Source of the DNA: an uncultured Woeseiaceae bacterium
Lineage (GTDB): Bacteria; Pseudomonadota; Gammaproteobacteria; Steroidobacterales; UBA11654
Assembly: GCA_964633465.1 (NCBI GenBank)
Contig: CAZWGB010000001.1
Location: forward strand, 4,753-68,752
Direction: 5' to 3'
Length of the DNA: 64,000 nucleotides
A program made the position numbers and the translations under genes. Positions 18,839 through 27,158 of this stretch are shown here, piece after piece. Position 1 is the stretch's first letter. Every line of letters begins with the position of its first letter. The notes under the pieces are model-generated. The model had not been told where the DNA came from, did not search any database, and saw only the letters and a list, made by a program, of their open reading frames with translations.

Positions 18839-20029
18839 ATGAGAAATTTTGAGATAGATAGTTCAGAAATTTTAAAACCACAAGATTGGGCTTTTCCTGT
18901 TCCTATTTCATATGGTCCAGGAAGATTGAGCGAGATCGGTAAATTTTGCGAATCACTAAAGATTAAAAATCCACTAATAGTTACAGATCGCGGCAGTATA
19001 GAATTACCTTTTGTTGAAGAACTAAAAAAGTTTTTAATCCAATCAAATATAGGTTCAGATCTCTTTTTTGAAATTTCACCAAACCCACGAGATGACGAAA
19101 TAGCGAGCGGTAGTTCCAAGTTTCGCTCAGGAAAGCACGATTCAATAATAACAATAGGTGGGGGTAGTGCAATGGATGGTGGAAAAGCTATTTGTTTAAC
19201 TGCTAATAACGACATCCCACTTTGGGATTTTGAGCTTGAGCAACCCTCTCCACAGTTAAGTAAAGACAATCCTTTTCCAAAATTAATCTGTATTCCAACA
19301 ACAGCAGGTACTGGAGCAGAAACAGATAGCACAGCTATGGTTACGCATCTTGAAAAACGTATGAAGTTTTGTATTTTTCATCCCGAGTTAAAACCTTCGT
19401 TAGCCCTCCTTGATCCAGAATTAACATTACAGCTGCCTGCTACCTTAACTGCCTGGACTGGAGCAGATGCAATGACACATGCTATAGAGGGATATTGTGT
19501 GAGCGGATTTAACCCGATGTGTGATGGCGCTGCTTTGGAAAGTCTCTCGTTAATTTCAAAGAGTCTTTATTTAGCTGTTGAGGAACCTCAAAATCTGGCC
19601 GCACGTGGTGGTATGCTTGTAGCTTCCTGTCTTGGCGGCATTGCATTCTTAAAAGGATTGGGTCTAGTGCATGCCATATCACATATGGTCGGCGCGGAGT
19701 ATAACACTCATCATGGGCTTACAAATGCAATAGTTTTACCTGTCGTTTTACGTTTCAATTTACCAACTATGGAAGAAAAAGTTAGACGAATGTCTGAGGC
19801 CATGCAATTTGATGATCATTCAGTTGGATCGTTTATATCCAATATTGAAAAACTTTTGGATAGAATTCAAATTCCCCGAAGTCTAAGCGAGATAGGCGTA
19901 CCCGCAAGTTGCGCAGGCAGAATTACAGAAAAAGCTATGAAAGATCTGGCTTATGCAACCAACCCAAGGTCAGCAACCTTTAAGGAAATGCATGAGTTGG
20001 TTCTGGCAAGTATAAAGAAGGCAAGATAA
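18839..20029 (+). CDS. Iron-containing (group III) alcohol dehydrogenase
   Basis: GGGSAMDGGKA motif and His-rich metal site (HAISHMVGAEYNTHHG); 396 aa. Confidence 0.85.
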   Translation: MRNFEIDSSEILKPQDWAFPVPISYGPGRLSEIGKFCESLKIKNPLIVTDRGSIELPFVEELKKFLIQSNIGSDLFFEISPNPRDDEIASGSSKFRSGKHDSIITIGGGSAMDGGKAICLTANNDIPLWDFELEQPSPQLSKDNPFPKLICIPTTAGTGAETDSTAMVTHLEKRMKFCIFHPELKPSLALLDPELTLQLPATLTAWTGADAMTHAIEGYCVSGFNPMCDGAALESLSLISKSLYLAVEEPQNLAARGGMLVASCLGGIAFLKGLGLVHAISHMVGAEYNTHHGLTNAIVLPVVLRFNLPTMEEKVRRMSEAMQFDDHSVGSFISNIEKLLDRIQIPRSLSEIGVPASCAGRITEKAMKDLAYATNPRSATFKEMHELVLASIKKAR

Positions 20030-20032
20030 AAG

Positions 20033-21499
20033 ATGGTTGTGAAGGTAGAGGTGGGACTTGAAGATCTATCTGCAGAAAAAATTGTTTCCCAAATTTTTTC
20101 AAAACAAATAACTGCTGAAGAAGTTGTTTCACATTATCTCGCACGCATAAATAGGTTCAATCATTCTTTAAAAGCTATTGTTTCGCTTAAAGATGAGGAA
20201 ACAATTAGAGAAGAAGCTAAAAATAAACAACTGCGACAAATTAATAAATACCCAGACAAATTATTATTTGGTCTTCCCTTAGCAGTTAAAGATCTATTTG
20301 ATGTAAAAGGACTTCCAACATCTCATGGTTTGCCGGAGTTTAAGAACAATATAGCAACTAAAAACTCCATAATAGTCGAACGCCTAATAAATCATGGCGC
20401 AATAATAATTGGTAAAACCAATACCCCTGAACTGGGAGTAGGCTCTCACACCACGAATAAGCTATTTGGTGCTACAGCAAATGTTTACGATACTGCAAAA
20501 TCAGCTGGGGGCTCCAGCGGTGGTGCGGCCTCGGCAGTAGCAGCATCTCTGATTCCTTTTGCAGATGGTTCAGATATGATGGGATCGTGTCGTAATCCTG
20601 CTGCGTATGCAAACCTATATGGATTTAGGCCAACACCTGGCTTAATTCCTGAACATCGAAATGTTAAAACAGATAATAAATTTCCACTTTTATCTACTCC
20701 CGGTTGCTTGGCTCGAACCCCTAATGAAATGGGGTTGTTGCTTGATGCAATAACTGGAAAACATGCATCGGACCCATTCTCTTTCAATGCTTTATCTTCT
20801 TTCAGAGAAAATCAAATGAGTGACGATGCATTTTCCAAGCTCAAAATAGGGTGGCTTTCAGATATGAATGGTCACTATGAATTTGAGACCGGAATAATAG
20901 ATATGTGTGAAAAAGTACTGAATGGTCTAGAGACAACCAAAGTCCAAGTTGAGCACTTAAAATCACAGATTAGCCCAACAGATTTGTGGGATAGTTGGAC
21001 AACTCTTCGTGCAAAAAATATTTTTGATGAATTAAGTGAAATCAATTTAATCAATCAAGTCAGTTTGGGCTTTCCAGTTCAATGGGAATATCAAAAAGGG
21101 GAGAAAATAAAATTTGATGATACTGAATTGGCCTTGGTGCAAAGAAAAAAATGTATGGATCAGGCGGAAAAGCTTTTTAAAAATTTTGATTTTCTTGTTA
21201 TACCTTCTGCACAAATTTTTCCTTTTAAAAAAGAATTAAACTATCCTGAAAAAATTTCTGGACACACTTTAGATACTTATCATCGATGGATGGAGGTTGT
21301 AATTCTTGCAAGCTTGCTGGGTTTACCGGCAATATCAGTACCTGTGGGATTTAATCAAAAAGGTTTACCTATGGGAATGCAGATTATTGGGAAAAAAGGT
21401 GATGACTTGAAAGTGGTTTCTTTTGCTAAGAAATATGAAGAGCTCTTCACTTTTTCTCAAAACAGGCCTAAAAATTTTTTTAACTTAAAGACACCCTGA
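20033..21499 (+). CDS. Amidase-signature family amidase
   Basis: GGSSGGAASAVAA signature and Ser-cisSer-Lys region; starts 3 nt after the Fe-ADH stop. Confidence 0.85.
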   Translation: MVVKVEVGLEDLSAEKIVSQIFSKQITAEEVVSHYLARINRFNHSLKAIVSLKDEETIREEAKNKQLRQINKYPDKLLFGLPLAVKDLFDVKGLPTSHGLPEFKNNIATKNSIIVERLINHGAIIIGKTNTPELGVGSHTTNKLFGATANVYDTAKSAGGSSGGAASAVAASLIPFADGSDMMGSCRNPAAYANLYGFRPTPGLIPEHRNVKTDNKFPLLSTPGCLARTPNEMGLLLDAITGKHASDPFSFNALSSFRENQMSDDAFSKLKIGWLSDMNGHYEFETGIIDMCEKVLNGLETTKVQVEHLKSQISPTDLWDSWTTLRAKNIFDELSEINLINQVSLGFPVQWEYQKGEKIKFDDTELALVQRKKCMDQAEKLFKNFDFLVIPSAQIFPFKKELNYPEKISGHTLDTYHRWMEVVILASLLGLPAISVPVGFNQKGLPMGMQIIGKKGDDLKVVSFAKKYEELFTFSQNRPKNFFNLKTP

Positions 21500-21546
21500 G
21501 TAACTTGCCTAAATGGAGAGGGGGATTATTCCTAAGGTTGCCTGGT

Positions 21547-22440
21547 CTATTGTTTCAATTCATCGGCAATTCTTTTAATGTGTTCCGGTCTTGTTGTGCA
21601 GCAGCCACCAACCACATAAGCGCCCTCATCAATCCAAATTTTAGCCTCTTTTGCATATTCCTCAGCTGTAATGGGCAGGGTATTTGCATAGTGATTTACA
21701 TCTATATCTACAGTTTCTCCCAGATCCTGAATTGATTTTTGTTCTTTGAGTTTTCTAGAGTTGGCATAGATTCCAAAATTTATTGCTTTTTTAAGTATTC
21801 CTATTGTATTTGTGGCTATATCAGCAGCACAGCAGTTGATTAACTGGCATTCGATATCCAACTGATTGGCCTCCGTTATGGCGTCTATTAATTTTTCCCC
21901 ACTGGGTAATGTGTCTCCTGAAACCCCTTTGTTGGTCCAGCTCAGCCAAACATGGTCACTAAATTCCAAGGCATTCTTTGCTGCATTGATGCCTTCTCTA
22001 ATGGAACCCATTGTTTCACATATGATTAAGTCCACGTTTTGTTGTATGAATGATCCAAGATTTGAATAATAGTCATCAAGCACATCATTGCTGGGTGTAA
22101 GGTCTGGCCGAAAATTGGTCTCAATAGGTGGAAAGGATCCGGCTATGAGAACCTCAGGAAATCCTTGTCTAGATTCTTCAGCTAGATCAATTGCCAATCT
22201 GGTTAGATTTTCAAATTCGCTTTCAATGCCTTCTCTTTTGAGTATGTTTGGTGTGACGTAGTAATTGTTGGTGATGATCACATTACAGCCTGCTTTGATG
22301 TTGTCTTTATGTATTTCAACCACTGCATTGGGAGATTTAATTAGTGCCGAGACCGACCAAATGGAAGTTTTCCAATCAGGGACCTCAAAGCCACGTTGAT
22401 GCAGTTCATCACCCATGCCGCTGTCTAGAAGATATTTCAT
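21547..22440 (-). CDS. Homocysteine S-methyltransferase family protein (MmuM/BHMT-like)
   Basis: 297 aa with a C-terminal GGCCTT zinc-ligand motif and an N-terminal LLDSGMG..L motif of the Hcy-binding domain. Confidence 0.8.
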   Translation of the reverse strand: MKYLLDSGMGDELHQRGFEVPDWKTSIWSVSALIKSPNAVVEIHKDNIKAGCNVIITNNYYVTPNILKREGIESEFENLTRLAIDLAEESRQGFPEVLIAGSFPPIETNFRPDLTPSNDVLDDYYSNLGSFIQQNVDLIICETMGSIREGINAAKNALEFSDHVWLSWTNKGVSGDTLPSGEKLIDAITEANQLDIECQLINCCAADIATNTIGILKKAINFGIYANSRKLKEQKSIQDLGETVDIDVNHYANTLPITAEEYAKEAKIWIDEGAYVVGGCCTTRPEHIKRIADELKQ

Positions 22441-22464
22441 AATGTTTTTTTAAATATTGAATTC

Positions 22465-22644
22465 TTAATGGTCTTCTTCAAATCGAGAGATCGTACAAAT
22501 TGAAAGGCCTGTTAAATGTTTAATTTCCCGATGCGTGTATCCCTGATCCAGTAAATGAATAACAAGGGGAGTTGTATTAGAGTATCTTTCTTTTTTGCTA
22601 CCAATGCTCATCTCATCGTCATTGATGTAATCGTTTTTCTTCAT
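22465..22644 (-). CDS. 59-aa helix-turn-helix protein with an IS30-transposase-like HTH (not in ORF track, just below 60 aa)
   Basis: ATG at 22644 is preceded by taAGGAGaaataataa. Translation: MKKNDYINDDEMSIGSKKERYSNTTPLVIHLLDQGYTHREIKHLTGLSICTISRFEEDH. The segment GYTHREIKHLTGLSICTISRF resembles the G(Y/L)S.R.IA..LGRS.STISRE motif of IS30-type N-terminal HTH domains. Confidence 0.5.
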   Translation of the reverse strand: MKKNDYINDDEMSIGSKKERYSNTTPLVIHLLDQGYTHREIKHLTGLSICTISRFEEDH

Positions 22645-22677
22645 TTATTATTTCTCCTTACTTATCTTGAGTCCATT

Positions 22678-22709
22678 AAAAAAAAACTTGCCAGCATTTG
22701 CTAAACAAG
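22678..22709 (-). terminator. Possible rho-independent terminator after the four-gene minus-strand operon
   Basis: The minus strand reads cttgtttagcaaatgctggcaag (imperfect hairpin: CTTG/CAAG outer stem, AGC/GCT inner stem) followed by T9. The stem is weak. Confidence 0.35.
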
Positions 22710-22855
22710 TTCTCGATCAAAGTAGAGATCCTCTTTAGCGGTATTTATTAAGCACCCGCAAGCCGGTACAAATCGGTGCTATGTCATGAAGTATTAACTG
22801 CAATTAAGAAATAATCAAGTATTAATTCTGCTATAGATATTGCCTTAGGGAATAA

Positions 22856-23062
22856 TCAAAAATTTATTTTAGGAGATTTATCCGTTTGGTAATAATAAAT
22901 GTACAAAATCGGCAATAATCCTGCTGAATTGATTATAAATAAAACGAGAAACCATCCAAGTTGTCGGTTTCTAGCAGCCTTCCAAAGGGAAATTGCTTTC
23001 CAAGTTATAGACCATATAATCAAAGGGATCATCCAATAATAAAGTAATGGTTGCTCAAGCAT
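22856..23062 (-). CDS. Small two-TM membrane protein (resembles the DUF5652 family)
   Basis: 68 aa. The pattern W..ISLWKAARN.Q..WF..LFIINS.G.LPILY matches my recollection of DUF5652 proteins. Starts 6 nt after the kinase-like gene. Confidence 0.55.
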   Translation of the reverse strand: MLEQPLLYYWMIPLIIWSITWKAISLWKAARNRQLGWFLVLFIINSAGLLPILYIYYYQTDKSPKINF

Positions 23063-23068
23063 TTTCGC

Positions 23069-23797
23069 TCATTCTTTTTTCTGCTCTCTTTTTTTTCTGA
23101 ATCGTCTAAGAGTTAGTGTACGCCATAATTTTCTGGTCAGTCTAATTAATTTATCCAGTTTACCTGATGAATAATAGGTGAGATCATCTTTTGTAATCTC
23201 ATTGTATTGTCTGAAGTATTTGTGTTTAATCCAGGCATTAAGATCCGTTTGTTTAGAGAAATTGTAAAGCCAGCGTTTAATGAATTGATTTTTGGAATTA
23301 AGACTCATAGCCGCACCAAAATCAATCAGGTAAGGTTGGTTCTTCTCACCAATTAAAATGTTGTCCTTTCGTTTTAAATCGCCATGACTGACTCCGGCTT
23401 CATGGATTGATAAAATAAGAGCGAGTAGATCTATAAAAAACTGATCTCGATTCTCAAGCGTATATTCTTTTTCTCTGTAAGAATCGCCATCTATGTATTC
23501 GAGGATTAGACTGCCATCGTCACTCAGCCCATAACATTTAGGAATGCCCGCGATGCCTTCTAATCTTTGATAAATTTTGTATTCATGCTGGATAAAATGT
23601 TTGCTGACACGTCTTGTAAAAACACCAATTTTATTGGTTCTTTTAATTAAAAAAAATTGCTCATCCACCAGCACTTTAAATGCAATTCCTTGATGACCTT
23701 GATTTGTTAGTCGAACCAAATCAATATCTTCGTCTGAACGAAGTCTTTGGTTAATATTTTCGAAAATCTTTTTCGGTAATTGAGTTTTTGATGTCAT
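23069..23797 (-). CDS. Protein-kinase-like fold protein (RIO / Kdo-lipid kinase-like)
   Basis: Catalytic loop HGDLKRKDNIL and DFG motif (LIDFGAA), with a basic C-terminal tail. TAATG overlap with the upstream methyltransferase gene. Confidence 0.65.
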   Translation of the reverse strand: MTSKTQLPKKIFENINQRLRSDEDIDLVRLTNQGHQGIAFKVLVDEQFFLIKRTNKIGVFTRRVSKHFIQHEYKIYQRLEGIAGIPKCYGLSDDGSLILEYIDGDSYREKEYTLENRDQFFIDLLALILSIHEAGVSHGDLKRKDNILIGEKNQPYLIDFGAAMSLNSKNQFIKRWLYNFSKQTDLNAWIKHKYFRQYNEITKDDLTYYSSGKLDKLIRLTRKLWRTLTLRRFRKKREQKKE

Positions 23798-24399
23798 TAC
23801 AACCTGTTGGTTAGGAGTATCAACCAGAATAAAATAAAGACAAAAATTACTGGCTCATAATTATTCTTTAGGCTTTTTTCCCAAGACCATTGAGTAAGAT
23901 TCAAACTGTTGAATTTAAATTTAGGCATTAAGGCAGGTGTTTGCTGAGACCAAGAATCCCATGTTTCAGAAAACAGTGATTTTAATTTTCGGTCCTCATA
24001 CTCAATTGCAGTCGGGTAGTAAAACCAAAAAAAGATAATTGAGATCAGAAAAGCTGAGATAAAACCAGTAGCAAAAGACATGCCAGTGAGAATCAAGATA
24101 TTGCCTGTGTAAAGAGGATGTCTGATATAGGCATAAGGACCTGATGTTGACAGTTCTTTGTTCTTTAACACGAACCCAGAGGCATATAAACGAATAAGCA
24201 AACCATCCAAAACTAATACGCATCCAAGAATAAAAAGATATAAAGTGGGCTCAGCAAATACAGCGAAAAGTACAACTAGTATTGCACCAATGCTCTGTCT
24301 TGAAAATTCATGGTATCGAAGTTCTCGAATAAAATACTGGATCCCTGTTAATTCTTTGAGTCCCTCAGTTCGGTGTGACACGGTTCTAGGATGCTCCAC
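23797..24399 (-). CDS. Isoprenylcysteine carboxyl methyltransferase (ICMT)/phospholipid methyltransferase family membrane protein
   Basis: Multi-TM protein with the GPY.YIRHPLYTG motif typical of ICMT/PEMT-type enzymes. There is no ATG near the 5' end, so the start must be GTG at 24399 or GTG at 24381. Confidence 0.7.
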   Translation of the reverse strand: MEHPRTVSHRTEGLKELTGIQYFIRELRYHEFSRQSIGAILVVLFAVFAEPTLYLFILGCVLVLDGLLIRLYASGFVLKNKELSTSGPYAYIRHPLYTGNILILTGMSFATGFISAFLISIIFFWFYYPTAIEYEDRKLKSLFSETWDSWSQQTPALMPKFKFNSLNLTQWSWEKSLKNNYEPVIFVFILFWLILLTNRL

Positions 24400-25273
24400 T
24401 CCGTTTTTGATTGATCATTTCGACAAAAGATTGGTTTACTTCGGTAATGCCTTGTTTTTTTGCTTCTGCAATGATTCCTTTTAATGCGGTTTTAACAAAG
24501 ACTTTTGGAATACCGGTTAGCTGTTTACAGGCATTCTCTGTAAATGTTACTTCTGTATCAATTCTATTCGCGATGTACATCACAGCATCGTGTTTGGCGC
24601 CTTTTCCTTCTGGGGTTGGTAACCAAAAAGCTTTTTTATGTTTTGCAAACCAGAATTGGTTGGCATTTCTAAATCCAAAACTAATAGGCATATTCGGTAT
24701 TTTCATATCATCGCCTAAATCTAAATTTTTTCTCCAGCGTTCCCGTAAAAAGATATGATTAATTTTAAGCAAAAGGTACTCGGTATCTTCAGTTCCTTTA
24801 TAGTGGAAATCTTCAGGGTTATCATTTAATTCACATTCACACACTTGAAATGCATTCTTAATTATTTTTGGTCTATCTGGGTCATTTCGATAAGCAATAG
24901 TTGGAGTTTCCTCAAGTTCAAAAGGACAATCTTTCATTTTGTCTTCGGGTTCCTGGCCTGGGTAGCCTAAATCTACTATGGGTTTTATTTTGCTCTGATC
25001 ATATTCTATCCAATGCATCGCGCATTTTTTGACTCTTTTTAAGTTAGTTGAAGTATTTGATCCTCTTCTCGAGATAACAATCCATTCTCTTCTGTTGATT
25101 ACACCAAATGGGAAAGAAAGCTGATAAGGACCAATAGTTGTTATGCCTTTTTCACTTACAGTTGTAATAAGAGCAAAAGAGCTTAGGAAATAAGCACTGG
25201 ATTGATACCAGTTATTGTGCATAGGGCTTTCAACCCAATTATCTTTTGTTTTTTTCTTAAAAAAATTAAGCAA
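24386..25273 (-). CDS. Flavin-reductase-like (split-barrel) domain protein with a C-terminal PCP_red-like domain
   Basis: N-terminal FALITTVSEKG.....P..F..VI......ISRRG.SNT..NL pattern of FMN-binding split-barrel proteins. The C-terminal FTENACKQLTGIPKVFVKTALKGIIAEAKKQGITEV resembles the PCP_red (ChlB C-terminal) domain. Start is TTG 25273 or ATG 25222. Confidence 0.5.
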   Translation of the reverse strand: MLNFFKKKTKDNWVESPMHNNWYQSSAYFLSSFALITTVSEKGITTIGPYQLSFPFGVINRREWIVISRRGSNTSTNLKRVKKCAMHWIEYDQSKIKPIVDLGYPGQEPEDKMKDCPFELEETPTIAYRNDPDRPKIIKNAFQVCECELNDNPEDFHYKGTEDTEYLLLKINHIFLRERWRKNLDLGDDMKIPNMPISFGFRNANQFWFAKHKKAFWLPTPEGKGAKHDAVMYIANRIDTEVTFTENACKQLTGIPKVFVKTALKGIIAEAKKQGITEVNQSFVEMINQKRSGAS

Positions 25274-25360
25274 TGGAGTATCCCCTTTTTTGCTAACAAA
25301 GATTCTAACCGTTTTATGTTTAAAGTAATAATGCTAATTTATATTTCTAGTTTAATAAAA

Positions 25361-26170
25361 ATGGTAAATAAGATGACTCGGGGATTTATACCACTCTTTT
25401 TATACATTTTCAGTGTTAGTGTGCAAGCTGTTCCAACATCCGAGGAGCTAGATAATGCTGATTATTTAAAAGGCAAGCAAGCTTTTCAACAACGTTGCAG
25501 TGCTTGCCATACCTTAACTGAAAACAGTGCCAATATAATTGGGCCAAATCTCTGGCATATATTTGATGCGGGTGTTGGTGATGATATCAATTTTAGCTAC
25601 TCAGCCTCAATGGGTTCCTCTGATTTAATTTGGGATATAGAATTGATCTATAAATTTTTGCGAGACCCTCGAAAGTTCTTTCCAGATACCAATATGATTA
25701 TCCCTGAGCCCGTTCCGAAAGAATTGTTGGCCGACATGATTGCTTTTATGATGCTTGAAACAGATGCTCCGAATAAACCAAACATAGAGAGAGTATTTAT
25801 TGCAGAAAACATGGACAAAAGTCTTCCTATTTCTGAACGCTTTCCTAGCTTTTGGAATCATTTAATGTCCAACACAACTCACTACAGATTGGTTACCAAT
25901 AATACTGAGTTTGAATTTGATGCTTATTTTAATACCAATGGTTCCGTTTCAACTAACCTTAAGGGTGTAGAGGGTTTTTGGCATGTAACAGATCAGGATA
26001 TGTTTTGCTATGCAATTCATCGTCTACCCTTTTTGACATCAGAATTTGTTGAATGCTTCCCAATAGCTGCAATGGCAATACCTCGATTTGCTAAAGAGCT
26101 TTGGCGCTCAAAACCCATCGAAGGTACAATTCTTCATGGCGGGATTTTGCCCGGAAGACCCACAAAATAA
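25361..26170 (+). CDS. Secreted class I cytochrome c (c2/mitochondrial-like) fused to an approximately 190-aa C-terminal domain of unknown function
   Basis: From ATG 25361: signal peptide MVNKMTRGFIPLFLYIFSVSVQA, then GKQAFQQRCSACHTL...GPNLWHIF...FLRDPRKFFPDTNM, which parallels GKKIF.QKCAQCHT..GPNL.G.F..YL.NPKKYIPGTKM of mitochondrial-type cytochrome c. The remainder is unrecognised. Confidence 0.7.
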   Translation: MVNKMTRGFIPLFLYIFSVSVQAVPTSEELDNADYLKGKQAFQQRCSACHTLTENSANIIGPNLWHIFDAGVGDDINFSYSASMGSSDLIWDIELIYKFLRDPRKFFPDTNMIIPEPVPKELLADMIAFMMLETDAPNKPNIERVFIAENMDKSLPISERFPSFWNHLMSNTTHYRLVTNNTEFEFDAYFNTNGSVSTNLKGVEGFWHVTDQDMFCYAIHRLPFLTSEFVECFPIAAMAIPRFAKELWRSKPIEGTILHGGILPGRPTK

Positions 26171-26190
26171 AAAAAGTTATAATTGAAAAA

Positions 26191-27153
26191 ATGATAGATC
26201 TCAAAGAACTCAGTGATTCGCTTATCGGTAAGGTTAGAGGTAACCCGGTTGCTATTAGTTTGTTTAAAGAGGCAATACCTACATCCTACCAACAACAAAA
26301 AGTTGTTCCATGTTCGATTGTTCGTCATGCCATGGACAAAGGGGAAATTGTTTCCTTTGATCAACACCATCATGATTGCACTACTGGAGTTTACACTGCC
26401 GGTGTCGATCCTGGCACAGAGGAGATTAGAAATGGGCAGTATTTAGCAAGAAACATACCTGCTTACACAGATCTAGGCGCTGAAAGGATTAAAACAGGTG
26501 ATTATGTTTTGCCTCAAAATACAGTAGTTGGGATTGGAGCAGCACCTCTTGCAAATGTACCCCAAGGCATCCAGGTTGACTGGGTCGTTGTGGTTTGTAC
26601 CCCACATTGGGCTAATTTTATCGGAGGTGCACGCACCGTCATAGACGGGACTCCTCCCAGAGGTGCATGCGGTTCATCATTTTGCAGTGATCTTTTTGCT
26701 ACGCCTTGGCACGATGACAATGTTGTCATCACTCCTGGAGATTTGGGCGGTCGAATGAACAACCGTCTTAAACCCGAAGAAATGTTTGTAGTTGTTCCCA
26801 ATCAATACCTAGAGAGTTTGTTTAATATTATGACTTCCACTCCCGATGCAAGGGCAGTTTTGGAAGCGACTAAACCTGAAGATTCTGAATATTGGGAAAA
26901 ACGCAAACGATCTAAACAGGCAAAAAAAGCCAAGGCTTCCAAAACATCCAAGGACAGCTTGGATGCAAAACTGAGTATGTCTTGGGAACAAGAAGCAAAA
27001 GATCTGATTGCCATGACGCCTCCTGGAATTATTGAAATGGCAATAAACAATGTGGAAGATTTTGCTAGAGACATGGGTGTGGAGCGTATTACTAAAACCG
27101 TGGTTCTTGATCAGATGAAGAGTATTGGCATGGATCCATCGATGCTGAATTAA
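26191..27153 (+). CDS. DUF169-like protein with a Lys-rich linker and a C-terminal PCP_red-like domain
   Basis: From ATG 26191: NPVAISLFKE.....C.I.R.A.....F......DC..G.Y..G pattern reminiscent of DUF169 (COG2043). Then KRKRSKQAKKAKASK, followed by WEQEAKDLIAMTPPGIIEMAINNVEDFARDMGVERIT (PCP_red-like). Confidence 0.55.
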   Translation: MIDLKELSDSLIGKVRGNPVAISLFKEAIPTSYQQQKVVPCSIVRHAMDKGEIVSFDQHHHDCTTGVYTAGVDPGTEEIRNGQYLARNIPAYTDLGAERIKTGDYVLPQNTVVGIGAAPLANVPQGIQVDWVVVVCTPHWANFIGGARTVIDGTPPRGACGSSFCSDLFATPWHDDNVVITPGDLGGRMNNRLKPEEMFVVVPNQYLESLFNIMTSTPDARAVLEATKPEDSEYWEKRKRSKQAKKAKASKTSKDSLDAKLSMSWEQEAKDLIAMTPPGIIEMAINNVEDFARDMGVERITKTVVLDQMKSIGMDPSMLN

Positions 27154-27158
27154 CTTTC

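Noticed and set aside
18811-19332. 173-aa minus-strand ORF overlapping the start of the Fe-ADH gene
   Set aside because: It is antisense to a gene with clear family motifs, has low-complexity Ser/Leu/Ile-rich composition and no recognisable motifs. It is a typical shadow ORF.
22751-22780. agcacc...ggtgct inverted repeat in the 210-bp gap, considered as a riboswitch (for example SAM-type, given the nearby methyltransferase gene) or terminator
   Set aside because: I could not match it to any riboswitch consensus from memory. It has no U-tract, and the small HTH ORF separates it from the methyltransferase gene. A covariance-model scan (Rfam) would be needed.
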